Positions 26,397-39,315 of a stretch of DNA of 64,000 nt are shown one piece after another (the stretch's first letter is position 1; each line of letters opens with the position of its first letter). Both the position numbers and the translations under genes were made by a program. Location of the stretch: assembly GCA_951406725.2 (NCBI GenBank), contig OX597819.1, positions 72,354,001 to 72,418,000 on the forward strand, written 5' to 3'. Origin of the DNA: Octopus vulgaris. Taxonomy: Eukaryota. The notes beneath the pieces are model-generated. The model saw nothing but the letters and a program-made list of their open reading frames with translations, was not told the DNA's origin and did not search any database.

Positions 26397-26730
26397 TTCT
26401 CTATCTGTAATTTGTATTTATACCCCTATTTCTGTTGTATTCAACTGCCCTACCAGTGATTTGGATGTTTCAGACCCCTTTGAAGGAATCGTTTTTTCCT
26501 TCGTTTCTTATTGTTTGTGTGTATTCTCAGTGCATTTTCAACTTCTGTTTTTCTTATATACATATATATTGTATGTGTGTGTATATTTATATATATATAT
26601 ATATATGCATGAGAATGTATATATGTATATATGCATGTACTTTTGTATTGTATATATATTTATATATTATTAAACTATCCTCTATTTGATATATTGAGGT
26701 CTAATTCTTTTTGTGTATACTTCGATACGC

Positions 26731-26799
<69 letters not shown>

Positions 26800-26812
<13 letters not shown>

Positions 26813-27977
26813 TGAGAATGTGTGTCTGTCTGTCTGTCTGTGTGTTTCCCTAAAACTTGAGAACTGCACAATCAATGTCATTTAAATTTTACACATGCCT
26901 TACTTAGGATCCGGGGAGTGTCATCGGCAAAAAACTTTTTTAACTTTTTGCCTAGGGCGAGCCCACAGCAATATCATATCTTCTCCACTACGATTCCCTA
27001 AAACTTGAGAACTACACAACCAATTTCATTCAAATTTTACACATGCCTTACTTAAGATCCATGTAGTTTTATGGGCAAAAAAAATGTTCAGCTTCTTGCC
27101 TAGAGCGAGCCCATAGCAATATCATATCTTCTCCACTATTTCAGCATTACGTGTTAAAAGTGAAACAAAAACATTTCTCTATTTTATGTCAGATACTTTC
27201 ACTTTAACAATAAAAATAATAATAACAATTGAATTATATGTAGTAAGTAATAATTAAAATCAAACTAAAGTATAATATAATCGTAAAATAACAAAAGTAA
27301 AATAAGCAATTGGTATAAAATTGCATCAATGACTTGAACTTGAATAAGTGGTTTCACACGAATGGGAATAAATAAAAAATAAAATTAGCGTGCAGAAATG
27401 GAATAGTCCAGATGGATAATAAAAAATCAAATTAAAGAAAAGACTATTGTCTATAAAGTATACAAAGTAGAGAAAAAAGAAGATTTGAACACCTGGAGGA
27501 AAGCACCATCGAAAAGTGTCTTGGTGCGACTATGAAAGATATCTAACCAGAGGCGGTAAATTCGCCACAATAGAAGCAAGGTTCGAGTCAACGGAGCGTG
27601 CAAGGGAGTACTCGACTCGAACTTGCAAAGTGGAAATATTTTATTTTTACCTTTATATCTGGAACGTAGGACGTGCCAGATAAAAATTAAAAATGCACCC
27701 CCGCCAGAAGTTGAAGTAGGCTGGATTATAGCCACACTTCTATACAAGAGGGAGGACAACATACAATTGATCGAAATTGCAAGAGACGGGCTTACAATTC
27801 CAGTCTGTTATATATTTTGAGTATTGTTATCACTAGCGATATCAAGATATAACTTTGTATTTTGTATTTTATGTGTAAATGTATATATATAAATGTAGAT
27901 GTAATATGTACACATATATATACACACATATACATGCACTAGCACAATGACCCGGCAACGACGGGTCATAATGCTAG
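26800..27977 (+). mobile_element. Non-autonomous Helitron, copy 3
   Basis: Reverse orientation of copies 1 and 2. 3' hairpin gacccg-gcaacga-cgggtc, then CTAG|T at 27974-27978. 5' end merges into (TA)n. Confidence 0.82.
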
Positions 27978-27990
27978 TATATATATATAT

Positions 27991-28175
27991 AAGGAAGTAA
28001 TTTTATTCTCAAACGCAGGATAATGCTAACAATATAACATGAACAGGATAAGCTATCCATATTTTGCAGAAAAATCGGTCGGCGACAGACTTTCCTGCAA
28101 AATATGAATAGCGTATCTTGTTTGTTGATCTATTATTAGCATTATTCTGCGTTTGAGAATAAAATTATTTCCTTA
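27991..28175. repeat. Palindrome with ~88 bp arms between (TA)n tracts
   Basis: aattttattctcaaacgcag / ctgcgtttgagaataaaatt, centre ~28082. Confidence 0.85.
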
Positions 28176-28265
28176 TCTTTATCTTTCAATACATCTCAAC
28201 GCTTCTAAAGCAAACTATGTTTGTTGGCTTTCAACGTCAGTTGAATATATATATGTATGTATATA

Positions 28266-28820
28266 CAGGGTCAGGCAAAATGATCTGACACATTTGTAGG
28301 TTAAATAAAAGGCATTGTTTTTCGTTTCTTTTTCAGTTGCTGCCATGAATTGGACTGGTGAGCATCGCGCTTTCATTGTGGAAACGTTTATCAAAACAAA
28401 CGATTCTGTAACTGCAACACAAAGAGCGTTCCGTTTGCACTTCAATCTTGGTAGACATGATCCCGTACCAGCTCGAAACACGATCTTGTTATGGATTACC
28501 AACTTCAGAGCTACTGGATCTGCATTGAAACGAAAATCAACCGGCCGACCTCGCACCGCCAGAACTTAAAGATGCAATTCGTCAAGAAATTACTGCCATT
28601 CCACATGAAATGACCCGCCGAGTTATTGACAACTTTCGTGAACGCCTTCGACAGTGTGTGGACAATAATGGATCCCATTTGACTGATTTAATTTTTAAAA
28701 CATAATGAAACAAAATGGCATTATATGTACTTTTCAAAAATAAAAACACTTTTTTGTTTCTTTACTTCATTTGCCTTTTATTTAACCTACAAATGTGTCA
28801 GATCATTTTGCCTGACCCTG
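28266..28820 (+). mobile_element. Internally deleted Tc1/mariner-superfamily transposon
   Basis: ~48-bp perfect TIRs (cagggtcaggcaaaatgatctgacacatttgtaggttaaataaaaggca) and TA flanks. N-terminal HTH (MNWTGEHRAFIVETF...TGRPRTART) abuts the C-terminus (ELKDAIRQEITAIP...RLRQCVDNNGSHLTDLIFKT*); catalytic domain missing. Confidence 0.92.
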
Positions 28821-28847
28821 TATATATATATATATATATATATATAT

Positions 28848-29981
28848 GTTAGTTAGTTAGTTAATTTGGCTCAAAAGCAAATAGCAAGGCCATGTAGGGG
28901 GACATGGAGTTAAGTACAGGGTGGTGTTCATGTAAAGAGTTCAGGCCACTTGAGGTCCAGGGAGGCTTTGAACAAAGCGGTCGTCGGCATCTTCACCATC
29001 TCGTCTGGCAGCTTGTTCCACGGATCCGCAACCCGGACGGAGAAAGCTCCTCTCCTTCGATTGAGATGAAATCGTCGCAGGTAGAGCTTTTCGGAATGAC
29101 CCCGCAGCCGACGCTCTGGAGCAGGAGTGAAGAACAGCTCTTTCGAGAGGTTACACTTTCCGCTTATAATGTTATGGGCGAGAATGAGATCACCACGGCG
29201 GCGGCGTTTTTCAAGAGAATAAAGGTCGAGCGTCCTCAGCCTTTCTTCGTAGGACAAATTTTTGAGACCATGAACCATGCGGGTAGCCAGCTTCTGGACT
29301 CTTTCGAAATGCTGTATGTCTTTGAGGAGATAAGGAGAAGAGGCTTGAATCCCATACTCCAATATGGGTCTCACCAGCGTGACATAGAGTGGTAGGAATA
29401 TGGCTGCTGTGAGCATTCCGAATGACCGTCGAATCAAGAACAGAATTCCGCGTGCTTTGTTGGCAGCATGGACGCACTGGGCCGAAGGCGAAAAGGAGGA
29501 ATCCACCAAGATACCCAGGTCCTTTACCTGATCGGTCCTCTCCAGCAGCAGACGACCCGGCTCGAAATCAAGTTGAGTTGCAGGAGTAGAGCCGACAGGC
29601 AGATGACAGCACTTTGACACGTTCAGACACAGGTCCCAATCGTTAGACCACTTCCAAATTTGGTGGAGGCATCGACGAAGATCCTCTATATTACCGCGAG
29701 GAGCGACTAGTTTGATATCGTCGGCAAATAGAAGGGTGTGTTGCGTGAGGTCGTCGGGCATGTCATTTATGAAGACTAAGAACAACAAGGGCCCAAGCAC
29801 TGAACCTTGAGGCACGCCACTGCTCGCACTGGAGACGTCGGACCGCGAACCATTAACTTGGACTTGGAAGGAGCGATCTGAGAGGAAGGCACCAACCCAT
29901 CGTATAATATCCGGATGGAAACTATATGCTTGAAGCTTGACAAGTAATAGGCGGCGGTTTACCGAGTCAAAAGCTTTGGCT
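28848..29981 (-). mobile_element. 5'-truncated CR1-like LINE (RT C-terminal half, open frame)
   Basis: AKAFDSV...GVPQGSVLGPLLF...LFADDIKL...KDLGILVD...LVRPILEY...ERVQKLATRMV..LSYEERL...RGH, with a (TAAC)n tail at ~28848-28864. Confidence 0.92.
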
Positions 29982-30024
29982 TATATATGGAATAATTACT
30001 ATGAAGCTTGTGCAGAATATATTG

Positions 30025-30325
30025 TATAAAGGATCGTGGGTAAGACCAATACAATGCAAGGTAAATCACAAAAAACAAATATATGAATTAACGTAAACTT
30101 ACCTTGTATCGAACATTTCAGGGTTATGACCCCATTTTCTAGAAATCGACGAATGTTGCCGATGTGCGTGTGTGTGAACGCTCATCGGCAACATTCGTTT
30201 ATTTTCTTGAAAATGGGGTCATAACCCCGAAATATTGAATACAAGGTAAGTCTACATTTTTGTTTTCTTGTGATTTACCTTGCATTTACTTCGCATTGTT
30301 TTGGCCTTACCCACGATCTTTTATA
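30025..30325. repeat. Palindromic element (~130 bp arms) with a degenerate hammerhead-like motif in each arm
   Basis: ggatcgtgggtaag / cttacccacgatc and gaatgttgccgatg / catcggcaacattc. Right arm: ttc-TTGAAAA-tgggg-tcataa-cccc-GAAA-tatt-gaa (30204-30239). Confidence 0.75.
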
Positions 30326-30898
30326 TATATATATATGCGTGTGTGTTTATATTATTTATATGATATTTTTTACTTGTTTCGATCATTAGACTGTGGCCAT
30401 GTTGGGGCACCATCTTGATATATAGTTTTTCAATCTTTATCATTTATCATTGGACACGGCTTTGAAGGGTTTAGTTGAAGCAAATGAACCCCAGTACTAA
30501 TTTTTTCAAGTCTGGTCCCTATACTACTGGCCTTTTTGGCAAACCACCAATTTGCTGCAACGTAAACAGACCAACGCTGGTTATCAAGTGTTGAGAGGAC
30601 AAACGCGAACACAAGTTATCAAATGATCGTATACACATGTATGCGCGTGCGCGCGCGTGTGTGTGTACATATATGTATATGCGTATGACGGGCCTCCATG
30701 CAGTTTCTATCAACAAAATTCCCTTACTTGGTTAACGGAAACTGTGTCGAAGACACCCAAGTTTTCGCGCAGTGGGATTGGAACCCGAAACTACGTGGTT
30801 ATGAAGCAAACTTCTTACCCATACGGTCATGAATGCGTCTTCGGCATAATATTATAAATGCGTGCGTGTGTGTGTGAGTGTGTATGTGTGTATGTGTT

Positions 30899-30938
<40 letters not shown>

Positions 30939-31091
30939 TGTGTATTATACAAACGTGTATTTGTAAATATATGCGCATATATATATATACATGCTTATAC
31001 ATACATACATACATACATTCAGCAACCGGTTTGAACCCTCTTAAACTGAACTTAAACTGAAAGAAAAATCAGACACATTATTACACTCTAC

Positions 31092-31130
<39 letters not shown>

Positions 31131-31812
31131 TGCATGCGCGCGTGCGTGCCTAGCATCCGGTGAAAAATACATCGCTAGATCCTCGCACAATGAATCTACT
31201 GTTATATACTACGACCGTATATAATTGTGTGTATAACTGGGTATATATAATGTCTTCCCGGAAAACAATTAAAGTCTTCAATCGACGGCGGTAGAAAAAG
31301 ATACGACGACCACTAACCGTGACAAAGGAAGATATATCTCCAAATACTTTAATGTTTCATAAAACCGATGATTAACTTAATTAATTCAAGGGTTTTCAAA
31401 GGATAAGAAATTAACTTGACCCCCAAACTCCCAGCTTTAGTCAGAATGCCGGTTGTATCTTTAGAAAAATCTGACGCCAACTTCCGAAAGTCATGTGATC
31501 TGGAACACTAAGAGTTGCTGTCTACTCGCCAACATTATTACAATGATATGCTTGAAACAAGATACGAGACTTTTCTTCAAATACGCCATATTGTTTTTTA
31601 TGTTTTTTTGTCTTTTATCATTTACTTGTTTTAACTATTGGGCTGCGGCCATGCTGGATCACTGCCTTGAAGGCTGCTAGTTGAACAAATCGATCCCAGT
31701 ATTTATGCCTTTTATATGGTATTTATTCTATCAGTTTCTTTCACCGAACCGCTGAGTTAAGGGGACGAAAACAAACCAATACTGTAGGGGAGATAGACAA
31801 ACAGGCTCACAA

Positions 31813-31844
<32 letters not shown>

Positions 31845-32597
31845 TCTTTTACTTGTTTCAGTCATTTGACTGCGGCCATGCTGAAACACCGTCTTAAAAG
31901 GTTTTAGTCGAAGAAATCGACCCCAGGATTTACTCTTAGTAAGCCTAGTACTTATTCTATCGGTCTATTTGGCCGAACAGTTAAGTTACGGGGACATAAA
32001 CACACCAGCATCGGTCGTCAAGAGATGACGTGTAGAGGTACAAACACAAACACACAGACATATACGTACATACACACACACATATATATGTTGGACCTCC
32101 ACCTCACTTTCTACAAAATTCATTCACAAGATATTGATCGACCTTGGGTTATAGTGGAAGCCACTGGGCCAATGTGCCACACAGAGGAACTGGATCTGAG
32201 ACCATATGGTTGCAATGCAAACTTCTTAACCAAAAGTTTATACTAAAAGTTTCAAACCTATGTCAATAAACCCCAAGCTCTTTTAGAAATGTTTGCTCTC
32301 GTAATGGGCACCGATATATGCCCCACCACCACCGATTGTATTTCCTTATGACCTTTTGAGAAATCGATATCTTTTTTATATAAGATTTTCGGCAAATCTG
32401 TTACAAATGGAAAAGATTCCGATGATATTGTCATCTGATGCAGAAAAATGGATGGAGAGCAGAAAGGTCACAAACCTCATCAAAGCATATCCTTTAATTG
32501 TTTTAGTAGTAAGTTGGTAATGCAACCGTGGGTTTGCAAAGTCGTTTTTGTATCTGGTTTGCAAGATTCTTTATGTGAATCTGTGTGTTGGAAGAAA

Positions 32598-32922
32598 TTT
32601 TGTTGTGCCTAGGGAGGGTCATTATGCCAATATAATTAACACACACATTGGTTCAATTCCACTCCTTTATTATTGGTCAATTGGTTAAACATCTAACTGT
32701 CAGATCGATTAAGAGAAAAGTCACTGAAAATGTTGCAAGCAGCAACGAAAGAGCTTTAACATACAAAAACAAAACAAATGACCTACTGCTTAACCAAATT
32801 AAACAAGTAATCGATTAGTTAGTTGGATATTTAACCAATTGACTAATAGTAAAGGAGTGGAATTGAACCAGTGCGTGTGTTAGTACTATTGGTATAATAG
32901 CCCTCCCTCGACACAGCAAAAT
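32598..32922. repeat. Inverted repeat (~115 bp arms, ~95 bp spacer), foldback/MITE-like
   Basis: ggttcaattccactcctttattattggtcaattggttaaa / tttaaccaattgactaatagtaaaggagtggaattgaacc. Confidence 0.85.
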
Positions 32923-33202
32923 ATAGGTGTGCGTGTAAATATGTATGTACGGTATGTCATTACTTAGTTTTATTTCAAGAGTTCTTGCCAATAGAGAAAG
33001 AGCCGGTTTCTAACCTAAATTCAAGGCTCCTTCTTCGGAATTTCAACATCAACAACAGGGTATTTTTGTATGCATGCTTTTTATGTATGTATATATGTAT
33101 GACTGTGTGTATGCATATATATATATCTTTCTACGTATGTATATATGTATGTATGCTTGTATGTATGTATTTATGCATGTACGTACGTATGTAGGTAGGT
33201 AT

Positions 33203-33450
33203 TACGATGTCTCATCAATAAGTATCCGGACTGTTGCCACAGTAATGAAGCTGCTGTACGCAGAGTGAAGCCGCTTGGCACAGATTGACTTTGAACTCTG
33301 GTGTGCATGAGCACTAAGTTTTAATGTTCTAGCTCACTTCCGCTGTTTACAGCAGTGCTTAGAAGGAAGGTGTGTCGCGTGTGATCGCCACATTGACCAT
33401 GACAGAGAAAGTTGTCATGGCGATACCTGCTCAGAGGCCCACGCAGTTAC
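33203..33450 (+). mobile_element. Probable 5' end of a mariner-like element
   Basis: TA-CGA...TCAATAAGTATCCGGA terminus typical of mariner TIRs; no partner TIR found. Confidence 0.45.
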
Positions 33451-33798
33451 AGAATGCAATTTTTATCGATTATTGATCTATTGTTAAAGCCTCCGTAACT
33501 TAAACCCCGTGTAATCCTTTCTACTATAGACACAAAGCCTGAAATTCTTGGGGAAGGGGAACTAGTCAATTACATCGACCCCAGTACTCAACTCATTTCA
33601 TTGACCCCGGAAGAGTGAAAGGCAAAGTCGACCTCAGTGGAATTTGAACTCAACGGACGAAATGTCACTCAGCATTCTGCCCGGCGTGCTAACGATTCTG
33701 CCAGCTTAAAACCCATGTAAAAATATCGTTGTTATAAAGCAATAAGGCTGCGAGTCGGCAAAATCGTCAAAGAGTCGGGAAAGAAGTACCTTCTTATA

Positions 33799-34051
33799 CA
33801 GTGTGTTCAAGTCTCTCTGCAGTATTTTATTGCAAAAATAAATAAGATGGTATAAGACTACAAAAGAATATAATAGACTTTACAAGACTTTAAAACACTT
33901 TATAAGAGGTTTTGAAAGTGTCGTCTTTCATTTTCAATACATAAGTTGACTTTTTCTACACATGTTTTGAAATATATCTTGGAGAGTCTGACTGCTGGAG
34001 AGTCAGGATGAAAAAAGAAATCAACTGCAGAGAGACTTTTTGAACACCCTG
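33799..34051 (-). mobile_element. Tc1/mariner-derived MITE (same family as 2207-2438), nested in a family A SINE
   Basis: TIRs cagtgtgttcaa / ttgaacaccctg with TA flanks; the SINE head (33746) and B-box (~34078) lie on either side. Confidence 0.82.
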
Positions 34052-34649
34052 TATTTCTTGTGGCTCTTTCCTATCTGCGTTCAAATCCCCGTCGAGGGTC
34101 GATCAAATAAAGCAGCAGTGTAGTTCTGGCATCGATGCTATCGATTTATCTCCTCCCCTCCACAGTTGCTGACCTTGGGTCAAAATTTGAAGGCTTTATC
34201 ATTCGAGGGCCGAAAAAAAAAAAATGCTTAGCAGTATTTGTTCTGGTAGTTTACACTCTATGTTCAAATTCCATCGTGGTCAACTCTGACTTTCATTCTT
34301 TCAGTACCAATGAAATGAAGTACCACTCAGATACCAAGGTCCATGGCATCGACTAAACCTCCTCGCCTCCATTTTGCTGGCCTTGTGCACAATTACGAAG
34401 GTATGGCGAGAGAAGTTGTGGAGGAAAACACGAAACAATCTTCTCCATTAATCAAAGGTTTTCTAAACTGCGGCCATGCTGAGGTACTGTCCTCAAGAAT
34501 TTTAGTCGAATGAATCGACCATCAATACTTCTTTCGAGCCTGGTATTTATTCTCTTGTCGAACCGTTCAGTTACTGGGACATAAACACACCAGTTGTCAA
34601 GCGGTGGTGAAGTACAAACTCAGGAGCACACACACACACACATATATAT

Positions 34650-34717
<68 letters not shown>

Positions 34718-35062
34718 TACATATACATACATACATACACACACACACATATACATACATATACATATATATATATATTATATATATATAACACACATAT
34801 ATACACGCGACGGGTTTCTTACAGTTTCCGTCTACCAAATCTACTCACAAGGCTTTTGTCACCGAGGCCACTCTGGAGCCCAAAGAGCCACTCGGTAGGA
34901 CTAAATCCAAAACCATCTAGTTAGCAAGCAAGCTTCTTACCACACAGCCATGCCGAGAAATTAAAATTCAATTCATCTGGTTTTTATTATTTCAAATTCT
35001 GAAGCCAAGTAGATTTCAGTAAGATTGGAACTCAAAACAATGGAACAAACCCAAATATTCCT

Positions 35063-35386
35063 ATTATTTACATTTTTCGGATATTTGTCTTCATCTTGTT
35101 TGTTAACACGTTTCGACTGATATACCCTCCAGCCTTCATTAGGTGTCTTGGGGAAATTTTGAACCTAGTTTCTTATTCGTAAGGTATTTTTCAATGTTAT
35201 TACTCAGGTCACTGCCTGGAATAGAAAAATATCTTAGGAATGAGAACCCAGGTTCGAAATTTCCCCAAGACACCTGATGAAGGCTGGAGGGTATATCAGT
35301 CGAAACGTTGTGTTAACAACAAACAAGATGAGGACAAATATCCATCAAATGTAAATAATTCCTCATCTCTTAAATATAGAACTGTA
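35063..35386. mobile_element. Palindromic hammerhead-bearing element, copy 1
   Basis: Inverted arms. Right arm: gacac-CTGATGA-a-ggctg..cagtc-GAAA-cgtt-gtgtt (35269-35314), with unique 3' tail cctcatctcttaaatatagaactgta. Confidence 0.85.
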
Positions 35387-36066
35387 TTATCTATATATTC
35401 CTTCCTATAATCTACTGCGTATTACTCTAAGTACCTCTCTCTTGATTACTAACTTTGAGACAATTAGTAAGGAAGAAATGAAGTGAAGTTTGTTGCTGCC
35501 CAGTTAGCTGATGTCATCAGGGGGCGCTGGTGCACTTGCCTTCTGCAATCGATCACCCACTTGTTTTTAAAAGAGGGTATTTTTAATCAAATGATTCAAC
35601 TAATATTTTCTTTTTAAGTCTGGTTACTTATTCTATAAGTCTTTTGCCAAACTGCTAAGTTATGGGAGATGTAAACACACCAACACCAGTTGGGAGGACA
35701 GACTTCTTTCAGTTTCCACTTACCAAATCCACTCACAGGACTTTGGTTGGCCCAAGGCTATAGAAGACACCTGCCCAGGGTTCCACACAGTGGGACTGAA
35801 CCCAGAGCCATGTGGTTTGGAAACAAGCTTCTTACCACACAGTCACACCTGCACTTAATACAATATTTCACTAAATTTCTTATTTTAAAAATTAATTGAA
35901 AGAAGAGCATTTCAAGAGCAATATAAGAAAACAGTTAGACATACCAAAGAATTAAGGGGAGTGGTGCTAACAGATTGTCATAACCATTCAGACTAGAACT
36001 TGGTACCCTTCCTGTCTACAGACAACGACTGATCTACAAGGCATTTAAAGAGAGCAGTCACATTAA

Positions 36067-36332
36067 CCCTTCTGTTACTGTATTTTGAGATTCTGTGTTT
36101 CCTTCAATAACTTTAATTATAACAAAAGGATATAGTAAAATAACTTAGTTATAATTAAGCTAATGTTAGGAACATAAATTTTGACTAAGGCTTGGTGGAA
36201 GATTTTAATTAAGAACTTCTGAAAACAAATGTCTTGTTTTCATAAGTTCCGAATTAAAATCTTCCAAACCTTAGTCACAATTTATGTTCCTAAGAGGCAG
36301 AGCCAGTTTCAGCCGGGATGGTAATGAAAGGG
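36067..36332. mobile_element. piggyBac-like MITE (TTAA-CCC...GGG-TTAA)
   Basis: TTAA target duplication and ccctt/aaggg termini. Similar elements at 37356-37570, 40111-40310, 44987-45200, 45232-45438, 46838-47000, 53115-53335, 60216-60377. Confidence 0.8.
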
Positions 36333-36924
36333 TTAATCTGACTAGTCTGGGAGAAGCTGCAGCAAGGCTATAAGTGTTGTTCTATTTGACAAAAATAAAT
36401 GTGGGAATATCATTTACTCCCCATTTTAACTACTTTTACTGAAAAGAAATATATTCCAAGACAAATGTTAATTGTTGCATCTCTTTATATCATAAAAATC
36501 AAGGAATAATAAAAGTAAATCAATAACATTGGTGTAAAGAATTCCACACAGATTGGTTCCAGTGTGTAACTTGACAAATTTCATGAAGGAAAAAATTTGC
36601 AGCAGGTTAATCGTTAAACAAGTTCAAAATAGAAAAAGTAAAATGGTCAGCATTTCCAATTTTTTACCAAAATTGGAATTTCAAACAATTTGAGGGTATT
36701 GAAAACATCAAAAAGAAAAAAAGAATGTTACCCTCTACATATATTTTTTAAAATTTCATTTATCTTTTTTCCTCCATTATCAGAGAAAAATAACTCACAG
36801 CCAATGTCCAGGATTTACTGTTTGTATAAAGAACCAAGAAGATAATCTAAGAATGAAATGGCTACTGAGAGAATACTAAGTTTCCAAGACAAAAATGGAT
36901 TCAGAAAGGGTGGAGACAACATTT

Positions 36925-36940
36925 TTTATTCGTTTTTATT
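36925..36940 (-). promoter_or_regulatory. Candidate polyadenylation signals (two AATAAA) of the minus-strand gene
   Basis: tttatt at 36925-36930 and 36935-36940, ending a ~2.4 kb repeat-poor, U-rich (minus strand) stretch after the stop codon. Confidence 0.4.
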
Positions 36941-39315
36941 ATAAACAATAAAGCCAATTAGAAACAAGATCAATATATCTATTTATCAAATATAGATTTT
37001 ATATATAATATATATGTATGTCTGTCTGTCTGGAATTGAGTATATATTTTTCATTTCATTTCATACTGTTTGTTTTCTTTATTATTGTTTTTATTAGCAA
37101 AAGTTTAAAAAAGTTGGGTGGGAAAAATTGAATGTTAATCAAGATAAATTAAAGTAAAACAAAAAAAAAAAAAAAAGAATGTTTACTCTTTAAAGCACAA
37201 ATTAAAATACCAATTATCAAAAATAAACAGCAGTAATAGAAAGGTGCAGCTCAGATAACAATGTATTCCATGGTGTACTTGTCCTGAAACAGGTTTCACA
37301 AACTAGAAAATGTATAAACAAAAGTGTTTCTAAGATCAAAAGATTTTCTTGTTAACCCTTCAGCATTTAAACTGGTTGTGTTCAGCTAAAATATTGTTTC
37401 ATGTTCAAACTGGTCATATCTGGCCCCTCACACCTACCCTACAATGTCATACTAAAAGTAAACAATTACATCATAAAACTCTCAAAGCTAACAGATAATC
37501 CACAACTCATTCAAAGCAATGTGAATAAATACGCATTACATTTGCCAGAGTAAATCTGAATGCTAAAGGGTAGAAGTGCTTGGAAGAAAAAGACGGAGTT
37601 ATTAATTTGTTTCCTTCTAGGAAAAGAAGAACTTTTCTAACTTTATCAAAACTGAATACGCTTTAAAAACAAGCCAGAGAAACCTAGGAAGTGTCCAGGA
37701 ATAAATATTTGAAGTTATATAAATTAAAATGCTATCTCTAATCCTCTGCTGACTGCTAACCAATGTTGATGTTGAGTAGTAACAACTGGTAGCAATTAAC
37801 TAGATTTTCTTGACACAGAATATTTAAACAATTCAAAAACCAGAGAAACTACAAATAAAACCATGAAAGGTAAACAGTTGATTGATCTACTTAGAAATAA
37901 GTTATTAGAAGAAAAAGGACAAAAGTGTCTACATTTTTTTTATTTGGTAGTGTTGTATCAAAAGAGTTAATTCCTGCACAAAGCTATTAGAAATTGTTCC
38001 CGGCAAGTTTTTGGATAAACTGTGGTTAACACATTTGAATTAGAAAATCCAGTCAAGGTGCCTTATAGCTAAAAGTAAGGTTCATGTGACAACTGTATAA
38101 AATGTGGAATGAAGAAGAGTTGTAGATTAAATCTTAAATAGAAAGTGTATAATAGAAAAGTGGACCATAATAATAATGGTTTCAAATTTTGGTACAAGGT
38201 CAGGAAGTAGAGTTCAAGTTGATTACATGAACCCGGTAGTGAGCTGGCACTTATTTTATTTTTATTATCCATCCTGAAAGGCTGAATTTGAATACAGAAC
38301 AGAGAGCAAGAAGAAACACCGCTAAGCATTTTGCCTGCAACACTGATCATTCTGCCAGCTTTCTACCTTATTGGACCATAATATAAGGTGTGTACTTGGA
38401 GCCTTCTCTATCCATTATCATCCCACTGCTCTCGTTAGCCCACAAACTTTAAATAAATGGAATGCAAATTTTAGACAACCTCAAACTATCAAATGGACTT
38501 GAAAATCTAAGGTTAAAGAAACAAAACATGAATCCAAGAAAATAATGTATTTATAACAAAAAAAAAATCAATGCTGCAAATGATTCTGGAATGCATGTTA
38601 TAATATATCAATATTAGATTTTTTTTTTTTTTTTTTTTCAATATATCAAAGCACAATTTAAACTGAAATTTAATCCTGAGCACCTGAACAAGAGAAAAAA
38701 AAGGAGAGGTGAAAAGAAATAGAAACAAGACTATTGGAGAAGAGAAGTAAAAAAAATTGAAAAACTAAAACACCAGTAGTAGTAGTAGAAGAAACAAAAT
38801 CACAATGTGACATTTTTGAAGTTAAGTAATTATCATTGATGACAGCAACAAGAAATTAGACAAAACATTGAGCCAGAGTGAATCAAAAATTTCACTGTGA
38901 ACCTTTGCAACTAATATTGCTCAATGGCAAAAATTCAGAAAATTCTCCATGATTGTAAATATATCAGTAGAAAGGTTGTTATCAAAACACTGAATGTTTT
39001 GATAAGGAGGACAAAAAGAAAAGCAAAGATTGGGGGTGGATACAGGTGGACAAGAATAACAATACAAGAAAAGCCACCAAGACAAATTCTTTTGGTCAGA
39101 CACTATTACAAAAAAAAACAAAAAAAAACAGGCACTTGTGATAGAAAAATATCCCACAGGATAGGTACACACATTTTAAACTTGATATATAACAGTTAAT
39201 GTATGTATAAGAAACAAATCATTAATTTCAGTTCAATGTGTGCATGTGTGTGCGTGTCTGTGTGTGTATCCCAAAGTCAAACATTGGCACTGGAATTAAT
39301 ATCAGTAAAAATACA

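Noticed and set aside
28904-29395. 163-aa plus-strand ORF
   Set aside because: Antisense to the CR1-like RT frame.
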